Shown piece by piece: positions 63,440 to 64,000 of a DNA stretch of 64,000 bases. A model generated the notes under the pieces. The model searched no databases. It was given only the letters and a program-made list of their open reading frames with translations, and was not told where the DNA came from. The DNA lies in contig NC_043025.1 of assembly GCF_006345805.1 (NCBI RefSeq), forward strand, positions 7,316,001 through 7,380,000, in the 5' to 3' direction. Origin of the DNA: Octopus sinensis. Taxonomy: Eukaryota. How positions within the stretch are numbered: position 1 is the stretch's first letter; each line of letters opens with the position of its first letter. The position numbers were made by a program, and so were the translations under genes.

Positions 63440-64000
63440 AACCCCAGGAAAATGTCCGGATCTTTTCGGTTTGAACAGCAGTTTTTTCTAGCGGTGTCAT
63501 ATGAAATTGTCACCCATAATTATGACCCTAGAACCAATCTAGTAGACAATAGAGAGAGTTGAAGACAGTGAGAGAGAGAAAGAGGGATAGTGAGAGCTAG
63601 TAATGACTAGAGAGAGTGTGAAACCGAGTAATAGAAAGAGAGAATGTAGAAATAGGGATAAAAAAGGGGGAGAGGTACTAAAAAGAAGTAGTGAGAGGGA
63701 GTAATAGAAAGGTAGATGTTGATATAGTTAGAAACAGAGAGAGAGAAAGCAACAGGTAGGGGTAGGGATCTTTTCGGTTTGAATGGCAGTTTTTTCTAGC
63801 GGTGTCATATGAAATTGTCACCCATAATTATGACCCTAGTATCGATATATTGCATTTCAATCTGTTTTAGGGTTAGGGGTGGGGGGAAGGGTATCTTTTT
63901 TTCTTCACAAATGTAAATAAACCCAATCTGTTTCTTAAACGAGGGACATATTCATACGGCACAGAATGTTTTTTTTTTACCTCAATAGACGTCATTGATT
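63440..64000 (+). mobile_element. two partial copies of the TTAGGG-containing MITE separated by a GA-rich tract
   Basis: ggatcttttcggtttgaa..gcagttttttctagcggtgtcatatgaaattgtcacccat at about 63458 and 63766. Confidence 0.8.

Noticed and set aside
63062-64000. DHX37 first coding exon or promoter
   Set aside because: No MGK-like start or suitable donor was found, and the region is mostly MITE and GA repeat.

Overview
Eukaryotic, repeat-dense genomic DNA, most likely Octopus (inferred from my recognition of the SINE/LINE/MITE families, not from a search). The whole window lies inside one minus-strand gene, the DEAH-box RNA helicase DHX37 (Dhr1/kurz orthologue). I traced 25 consecutive GT-AG exons (V1 at 63061 down to V25 at 2435). 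They splice in phase into a stop-free 2835-nt frame (945 codons) containing motifs I-VI and the HA2 region. The first exon and the C-terminal exons lie outside the window. Introns are almost entirely transposon-derived: tRNA-head SINEs, CR1/RTE/R4-Dong/Penelope fragments, non-autonomous Helitrons, hAT and piggyBac-type MITEs, foldback elements, microsatellites and several TE-derived tandem arrays. Best leads: (1) arrays of TTAA-flanked piggyBac-type MITE units with shared spacers and a higher-order repeat, present at four sites in both orientations within one pre-mRNA; (2) a genomic Ser (AGC) at the normally Gly position of helicase motif IV, a candidate A-to-I restorative recoding site; (3) a Penelope GIY-YIG frame that stays open across a foreign insertion. 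No prokaryotic-type system (CRISPR, operon) is supported. Coordinates were counted by hand; repeat boundaries are approximate.
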